Shown here one piece after another: positions 57,236 through 64,000 of a stretch of 64,000 nt of DNA. Under the pieces are notes generated by a model. The model made no database searches. It saw only the letters and a list, made by a program, of their open reading frames with translations, and had not been told where the DNA came from. Positions within the stretch are counted from its first letter, which is position 1. The number at the start of each line of letters is the position of its first letter. Origin of the DNA: Diplonema japonicum (taxonomy: Eukaryota; Protista; Euglenozoa: Diplonemea); the NCBI GenBank assembly GCA_964019335.1, contig OZ025747.1:62001-126000 (forward strand), in the 5' to 3' direction. The translations under genes were made by a program, and so were the position numbers.

Positions 57236-57704
57236 TTGTGCCATGCGTCCCTTTTCAACCCGTCTTTTTTTTTTTTTTTTTTTTTTTTTAGCAAAAAGAA
57301 GACATACATAAAAAATCAAAAAGAAAGCAAAGGAAGCAAAGTCTCCCTTTTGCCCTCCCCCTCCCCCTCCTCATTTCAAGAGAAAAAAAAAATACAAGTT
57401 CTCTTGCATTTATTATTTCCGGGGTAATGGAAGGTGGCCACAACACCGTGTGCTGTTTTTTTTTTTTTTTTTTTTTTTTTTGAGGTGAACTTTGCTCACC
57501 CTTCCACCCCGCCTTAAAAAAATTCAAAAGAATAAAGAGAAATGAGTTTGATTCTTCAGCAGCGGGAATTCTTCTGAGACCAAGAAGAGGGAAGTATAAC
57601 AAATCGAAACGGCCACCCTCTGAATATGTTGGTACTTGTTATGTGTGCTTGTGGGGTTTGGGTAGTTACTAGCACTGCCCCCCCCCCCCCCACCTACGTA
57701 GTGC

Positions 57705-57740
<36 letters not shown>

Positions 57741-57965
57741 ATGCGTGGAATTTTACAACTTTTTTTTTAGAAAAAAAAGTGAAAAACAAGAAACCACGTA
57801 GAAAAAAAAAAAAAAAAGGAAGAAGCAAGAGAGGGGAAAAATAAAAAGAATGAGAAAACACCCCTTTACTCCCCAATTACGTGGTGAGTGCTTTACTTTT
57901 CTTCACGTAACAAAAAAAAAAAAGCAAAAATATCCTTTCCTCCTGACATCGATTAGGAAACAGAG

Positions 57966-58001
<36 letters not shown>

Positions 58002-58334
58002 GATGCGGCGAAAAAAAAGGAGAGAAAATAGGGAAAAGGGGAAAAAAAAAAGAAAAAGGAGATGACAACAAAACAAAAAAAAAAAGAAAGAAAGAAGAGA
58101 ATAAAAAAAAAGAAAACATTGTTTACAATACACCTAAAATGCCACCACCCCCACTCGGCCAGGCAAGGCTGGAGCACTGGTTTCTTTCTTTTTTTTTCCC
58201 CTCCCCTTTTTCTTTTCTTCCCCCTCCCTCTCCCTTTTTTTTAAAGAAAAGGGGTGTCACGAAAGATTCCCCCACCGTCATCTCTGTCTTTTTATTTGCT
58301 TTTTCTTTTTTTTTTTTGTTTCCCCTATGTTTAA

Positions 58335-58656
58335 CCCTTATGCTACCGGGGGGGGATTTATTTTTGGATTCTTCCGATTTTACCAGGCATGGACGAACAG
58401 GGAAAGGTGCCAAAGTTATTTTTTTTTTTTTTTTGATTCGAGGTACGCATTTGAAAGATATTTTGAAGTCCGTGTTCAACATTGATGCTATGATAGTTTC
58501 AAGGTCTCTTTAGGTGCAAACACCGAAGTATCTTCACGAAACAATTTTGTGCTATCGTCCTATTTAGTTAGCGCATTTAACGCACATTTTCAAAATCTTT
58601 TCATTTCATTTTTTTTAAAAATTTTTTTTCTTTAGAAGCAGTTGGTAGCATAAGGG
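58335..58656. mobile_element. piggyBac-type MITE, family B copy 2
   Basis: TTAA|CCCTTATGCTACC ... GGTAGCATAAGGG with perfect 13-bp TIRs; right TSD degenerate. Confidence 0.75.
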
Positions 58657-58869
58657 CTTTTACAAGAAAAAAATCCCCTGTAGCACCCTTTCACTCTCCC
58701 CCATTCTTACCCCCCCTCTCCCCCCCCCCCCTCTCCCTTCAGTATGTCGAATAAAGTATCTCCCAAACCCTCATCCAATTCCCCCGTTTCTTTTTTTTTT
58801 TTTTTTTTTTCCCATTCTTTTTTCTCTTTTTTCACATTTGTTGGAAGAAAAAAAAAAAAAAAAAGGGCA

Positions 58870-59544
58870 ATGCAAAATGCAGCGTCAACAGGAAACAGCA
58901 GCGCGCTCCCCCGGATCACCGGAGCGAAGAAGCTTACAGACGATGATTTAAAACACAGCTTGCAGAGGTTGTATGAGCAGCCTTGCGCGAAGCGGAAAGC
59001 CAAGCTGAGCCAGGACAAGACAGAGATAGAGGACAACATCAAGCGCAACGTGTGCAGGCGGCAACCGAAGGAGCAGTCCGAAAAAGACAAAAACGCATGC
59101 AAAAGGCTCTACGAGCAGCCGATGAAGGCGCAGAAAAACCTTATGGAACACCTCGAGAAAAAACACATCAATGCACTGGAACAGGGCCACCCTCCCAAGG
59201 TGCGGCTCACCAACGACCAGTCTGAAGAGGCCATTCACCGGCTCTATTCTCAATCTGTTGACCACAAGAAAAGCGTGCGCGACGCAACCGAGAAGAAAAT
59301 CTACGGAGAGGCCCCTGCCGCCAGGAAGCTAGACAAGGAAACCCTAAAGGAAAACATTGACAAACTGTACAGCAAGGCCGTCGACTCCAAAAACGAAAAA
59401 CGAGACGCTCTCAAGCAGAAGTACGGGTGGCGGGGCAACTGCAGCTCAAAGACAATTAGCAAGGTATGATTCAATGGGAGGTGGGTATCACCCCCTTTAT
59501 AGGAGAAGGTAACTGAACTCGTGACCCGTCTTGGCGGGAAGTAA
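58870..59544 (+). CDS. 'RLY'-repeat protein (exons 58870-59463, 59503-59544)
   Basis: Four RLY/KLY repeats; a 39-nt GTATG..ATAG intron adds EKVTELVTRLGGK*. Confidence 0.7.
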
Positions 59545-59708
59545 AGAAAAAAAAAATTAAATAAAGTAAATAGTACTGTTTTTGAAACGAAGGAGGAAAT
59601 CGGGAGGAGGAGGAGGGGTCGTATTTACATACACACGGAAAAAAAAAATAGTAATCGGGGGGGTTTTTTTTTTCATCCCCCCTCCTTGCTTTTTTTTTTA
59701 ACAACGGG

Positions 59709-59744
<36 letters not shown>

Positions 59745-59813
59745 ACACAATACACCCCCCCCCTCAGCCATATTTCCTGAATAAGGGAAAAAAGAGAGAG
59801 AGAGAAAAAAAAA

Positions 59814-59984
59814 ATGGTGGCAGAGGAGGTGCAATACCCCCCAATAGGGGCGGTTACCTATCCTGCTGTGACCCCTGGGCTGACGGTCACGGACTTTCTT
59901 GATACAAGCAAACCGCTGGTGAAGAGTAAGAGGGACCCTACAAGGGCATTGGGCCCGAGGTATACATAACCTACAACAACAAGG

Positions 59985-60015
<31 letters not shown>

Positions 60016-60590
60016 TTTGTCGATGAAACTGAGCAGGAAAGACGGAGAATTGCCAGGACGCAGAAGAAGGTGATAAATGCAGTCCAAACATCGAAAATCA
60101 ACGGACAGAGGGTGAACGAGAGAAGGTACCTCAAAGCTCAGTACGAGTTTGAGCGAGAGAAGAAGCTCGCTGAGAAGTCTATCTACCACAAGGAGAAAAC
60201 ACACGAGTGGCAATTACGCCTTCAAAACAGTCCTTTTTTAGTCGACTTGGCTGGCGATGCTGAACGTGTTGAAGAGGAAATGGTACCGAGAAAAAAAAAA
60301 AAAAAAAAAAAAAAAAAACACAGTACGTTAAAGAAATGGAGGAGAAGCGGCGCCAACGACGGGCCGACCTCAAGAAGAAGAAAATCAAGAACGAGATCAT
60401 CATCAAGGCACTCTCGGAGGTGCCTGTCCTCGAACACGCTAGGAAGCAAAAGAAGCAGCTTCTCGAACAAGAAAAGAGAGAGCGGGCACTCAAAGACATC
60501 CAACGGGTAGAAGCTGTGCAAGAACGTAAGGCAAAAGAAAATGAAGAGCGCAGCCAATTAAACACAATGCCTGCCGTGGACAGCAGGTGA
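59814..60590 (+). CDS. Coiled-coil hypothetical protein (exons 59814-59959, 60015-60282, 60324-60590)
   Basis: Two poly(A) GT..AG introns join three frames; SPFLVDL..AERVEEE and IIIKALSE segments. Confidence 0.75.
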
Positions 60591-60882
60591 ATGGGAAAAA
60601 GAAAAGAAAAAAAAAAGAAGGAGGAAAGAGAGAGAGAGAAAAAAAAAATCCTGTCTTCTGACGTGCGATTACTGTTTTCTATATTAAAAAAAAAAAAGAA
60701 TCTTCGGATAGTTGTTATTTTATTTTTTTTTATTTTTTATTTTTTTTTATTTTTAAGAAAAAGAAAACTCAAAAGAAAACCCCCCCCTCCTCTCTTTTTC
60801 ACCCTGTTCTTTTCTTTTTTTTCTTCTTCCAAAAAAAAAAAATCCCCCTTTTTCCACAAGGGAAAAAAAAAAAAAAAAAAAA

Positions 60883-62853
60883 ATGCCACACCCAAACACC
60901 ATAGTAGTAACGGGACTGGAGAATCGGCGTGAGACAGTAGACAAGCTTCTGAAGCACGCGCCGGAAGGAACAAGACTCGTAGTGAACGGTTACAATGAGG
61001 ATTTATCGAATTTGCAAATGGAGAGCATAGAAGACTGTCTGTGCTGCGTTGGCAAAGCACAACACGCGGACCTATGGTCCACGGAACTAACCCTGATCCT
61101 CTGCTGCTCACCTGTTGCAGCCATAAACGACCTAATTGACGGAAACCCGGAGCTGACCAACCGCGACCTTTGCATAGTACATTGCACCTCATCGGAGGAA
61201 GTCTTGAAACACATTTGGTACGGGGGAACAGTGGAAAACACCTACGGGAAGACAATAAAATGTGACGAACCCGATGAAGACGACTGCAGGCTGCTCCCTT
61301 ACCTGCGGCAAGAACAAGCGATCCAGTCACACTTTATCTTTTTTTTCGAACCGTTCGCGCAACACGCCAGCGTCGCCATGAATATCCTGCAAGCCTTAAA
61401 CCCATGCGGGGTCATACTGTGCTCCCGATTCGAAAGCGTTTGGAAAACCAATCTCGCCGACAAAATATCTGCTCAAAACCTGACGCTCCATTCAGGCCCG
61501 CTTCAAACCCTCAGTACTCCTTCAAAATGTATCGCTCTTTCAGAAGATATAATTTCATGGGTGTACACAGCACGGAAGCCATTCTCTGTTGCGGGCGTTT
61601 TCGAATATTTTGAAACGGAAACTTCCGATTTTCTCGGGACGGGGCTCATCTACCACGTGAACGGTACCATATGGCTAGCTCCGAACACAGACCACTCGTA
61701 CACTTTAACTGGTTCAGGCGGGAGGTACGAGGTGGAGAAAAGTTCAAAATGGTTTGCGTGTGCTCCCATTGTAGACTGGTCTGTCAATGAGATAGAAGCC
61801 GCCGGGAATGTAATGCGAGGGGAGTACATGGACCGTAGACAGGAGATTGTATTCATCAGCCCGAAAAAAAACAAAGATAAAATAAAGCGTCTCCTGGACG
61901 CGATTTTAATCAACCCGGACAGCGCTTCTGCCAAACAACCTACCTCGGAAGATCTGAAAAATCTGGAGAAGTGGGACGTTCCCGATTCGTCAGACGAAGA
62001 AAGCGAAGAGACAAGCGAGACATCGTCCGAATCATCCTCCAGTTTCGATGAGGAGCATACTATTCACTTCCCAGAGGGAAAAGGGGTGATCTTGGAGGTC
62101 TCTACTGAACCCGTTCCTTACCCTGTCAAGGTCGACGGGGTGCTGATTTGTCAAACGGCTTGGGAGGATGAGCTCAATTCGAAAAATCTCGGTACATCGA
62201 GTTATGCTTGGTACGAAAGGGGAACACGGTACTGGGGGTCGCTTCCTGTGTCGCTTCGTGGGGTGGAGCTTGACGGGCTTCACTGGTACGATGTTTCTCA
62301 CTCCAGAGATTTTTTCAAAAGATTTTCTCTTCAGGGAGGCCATGCTCTTGATCTTGCTGGTGGGTTGGGTAGGTTCGCGAAAACTGTTTTGGTGGATTTT
62401 TACGACAAGATCACCTTGGTCGAAGGCGCTGCTCACTTGTCTCGCGCTGCGGGTACCATTCTCAAACCCAGCTACCTCCCGTTCAGGAGAGCCCAGACGA
62501 ACATTGAAATCAGAAACTGCCAGCTTCAATCTTACAACCTTCCCCCTTCCTCTTTCGATCTCGTTGCTCTCACGTGGGTTTTGATGTTCCTTACCGACGC
62601 CGATGTTGTCGTGTTACTCTGTAAAATCCACGCGTCGCTTATTGGGAGCGATTCTTCTGTATTCATTAAGGAAAACACTCTTGAAGGAGAGTTTGCGGTG
62701 AACACTAGGAACAGCAGCACCAATAGGTGCGATTCGCACTACGAGGTGCTGTTTGAACACACGGGTTTTACACTCGTCCACAAGGAGAAGCAGAGCATCA
62801 TGCCTGGGAACCTTCATCAACCAACAGCTTTTTTGTTGAGAAGAGCATCTTAA
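60883..62853 (+). CDS. Fusion of a degenerate COG0523/CobW-type domain and an alpha-N-terminal (NTM1-type) methyltransferase
   Basis: DCLCC (CxCC), SWVYTARKPF, G.IWLA, WFA..P..W, DRRQEIVFI (CobW_C); acidic linker; WY...YW..P, ALDLAGGLGR, WV...LTD.D, IKEN, SS..R (Methyltransf_PK). Confidence 0.82.
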   Translation: MPHPNTIVVTGLENRRETVDKLLKHAPEGTRLVVNGYNEDLSNLQMESIEDCLCCVGKAQHADLWSTELTLILCCSPVAAINDLIDGNPELTNRDLCIVHCTSSEEVLKHIWYGGTVENTYGKTIKCDEPDEDDCRLLPYLRQEQAIQSHFIFFFEPFAQHASVAMNILQALNPCGVILCSRFESVWKTNLADKISAQNLTLHSGPLQTLSTPSKCIALSEDIISWVYTARKPFSVAGVFEYFETETSDFLGTGLIYHVNGTIWLAPNTDHSYTLTGSGGRYEVEKSSKWFACAPIVDWSVNEIEAAGNVMRGEYMDRRQEIVFISPKKNKDKIKRLLDAILINPDSASAKQPTSEDLKNLEKWDVPDSSDEESEETSETSSESSSSFDEEHTIHFPEGKGVILEVSTEPVPYPVKVDGVLICQTAWEDELNSKNLGTSSYAWYERGTRYWGSLPVSLRGVELDGLHWYDVSHSRDFFKRFSLQGGHALDLAGGLGRFAKTVLVDFYDKITLVEGAAHLSRAAGTILKPSYLPFRRAQTNIEIRNCQLQSYNLPPSSFDLVALTWVLMFLTDADVVVLLCKIHASLIGSDSSVFIKENTLEGEFAVNTRNSSTNRCDSHYEVLFEHTGFTLVHKEKQSIMPGNLHQPTAFLLRRAS

Positions 62854-62947
62854 ATCAAAAGGGGAAATCCCGATCTGTTTTTTTTTTTTTTTTTTTACCC
62901 CCCTTTTTTTTTCTCCCTCTAATTTTCTCCAGGCAGGGGCAGAGTGC

Positions 62948-62984
<37 letters not shown>

Positions 62985-62997
62985 AAATTAAAAGAAA

Positions 62998-64000
62998 ATG
63001 TTACGCAGGACCGGTTTGCTGAGATTCTTCGAGACGCAACATAGGCAGAAGAAGCACCCTTACCTTGCCATGGCACGGCCGGTATGCATGAGATCCGAGC
63101 AAAAAAAAAAAAAAGAAAATCTTTTTTAAAAATAAAAGGGCGAACTTATGTTTCTCCCTCCCTTCAGCATGAACGGGTGCGTCCCTGGTCTTATCATCTG
63201 CCTCATCTACATCTTCTATGACAAATTCTTCGGCGAGTCTTCCGTGACGGAGCACCACCACAGCAGGTATGATTGTTTTTTATTTCTTTTCTTTTTTTTT
63301 TATACTTCTTTACTGGGCAGAGTCTCTCATAGTCCCCCACGTGTGCCCTAATGATAGCCAATGGGTGTGGGGTCTCCCAGAGGCTCAAGATTTCCCCCTC
63401 CCCCTCCCCCATGGAATAGTATTGTGGCAAGCAAAGGAAGGTGTCTCTCATAGTCCCCCACGTGTGCCCCAATGATAGCCAATGGGCGTGGGGTCTCCCA
63501 GAGGCACAAGATTGAACGCTTCATAAAACTACTCCCAGAGTCTCTCATAGTCCCCCACGTGTGCCCCAATGATAGCCAATGGGTGTGGGGTCTCCCAGAG
63601 GCTCAAGATTTCCCCCCCCCCCCCCCCCCTCCCCCATGGAATGGTATTGTGGCAAGCAAAGGAAGGTGTCTCTCATAGTCCCCCACGTGTGCCCCAATGA
63701 TAGCCAATGGGCGTGGGGTCTCCCAGAGGCACAAGATTAAAACACTTAATATAGCTACTCCCAGAGTCTCTCATAGTCCCCCACGTGTGCCCCAATGATA
63801 GCCAATGGGTGTGGGGTCTCCCAGAGGCTCGAGATATATTGATAAGATTTTCATAGGGACGGGAATGGGGGAAGAAAAAAAAAAAAAAAAAACCAGATTC
63901 CAGTACGGTATGTTTGGTGAGAGGGTGTCGTATCCTGCCAACGGGACTGCCCTGAGTATGTTACAACACGGGAGGGAAACCAAGCACAACACAGCTTTCA
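62998..64000 (+). CDS. Small mitochondrial membrane protein, 3' incomplete (exons 62998-63081, 63139-63266, 63897->)
   Basis: MLRRTGLLRFF presequence typical of euglenozoan mitochondrial proteins; one TM (GLIICLIYIFY); introns of 57 nt and 630 nt keep the frame. Confidence 0.65.
63322..63835 (+). ncRNA. Intronic tandem array of five AGA-box H/ACA-like snoRNAs (units start 63322, 63443, 63540, 63668, 63766)
   Basis: Conserved ~70-nt hairpin with pocket arms CATAGT and CTCCC complementary to LSU helix 69 GGGAG-U-A-ACUAUG; invariant AGA 15 nt from the upper stem. Confidence 0.8.

Noticed and set aside
63061-63170. Frameshift or editing in the last gene (acceptor at 63167)
   Set aside because: The upstream A-rich acceptor at 63138 joins the exons in frame, so no indel is needed.
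63322-63835. CRISPR array
   Set aside because: Repeats are ~70 nt, spacers alternate A/B/A'/B' rather than being unique, there are no cas genes, and the context is a eukaryotic intron; the AGA-box snoRNA model explains the conservation.
20-64000. Alternative genetic code or spliced-leader RNA gene
   Set aside because: Conserved genes translate fully with the standard code and end in TAA, TAG or TGA; no SL-like exon sequence was seen.

Overview
Eukaryotic nuclear DNA, most likely from a diplonemid-type euglenozoan. This is an inference from four observations: a receptor-type adenylate cyclase, an MLRR- mitochondrial presequence, single-hairpin AGA-box guide RNAs, and about 25 host genes all on the + strand that nevertheless carry many GT-AG introns. 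Intergenic DNA is dominated by long homopolymers. Recognisable genes: CSC1/OSCA channel, divergent galactokinase-like GHMP kinase, HAD hydrolase, a bacterial-type Rossmann-fold protein, kinesin-3, ankyrin protein, receptor adenylate cyclase, 2-oxoglutarate/malate-type mitochondrial carrier, ALDH6A1, CCDC171-like coiled coil, cyclic-nucleotide-regulated channel, CK1, NSA1/WDR74, LDAH and a COG0523(CobW)-NTM1 fusion. I reconstructed 22 introns by hand; 18 are 34-57 nt and many are poly(A)-filled. Mobile DNA: a 5'-truncated LINE, a 2.27-kb TIR element carrying tRNA-like Pol III units and a LINE fragment, a piggyBac remnant, two piggyBac-type MITE families, and a Crypton-type tyrosine-recombinase element. 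The most striking signal is a CRISPR-looking array of five ~70-nt repeats inside an intron, with a sixth solo copy 58 kb away. Each repeat folds as an AGA-box H/ACA-like snoRNA whose pocket is complementary to LSU rRNA helix 69. All family assignments are by motif recognition; no searches were run.
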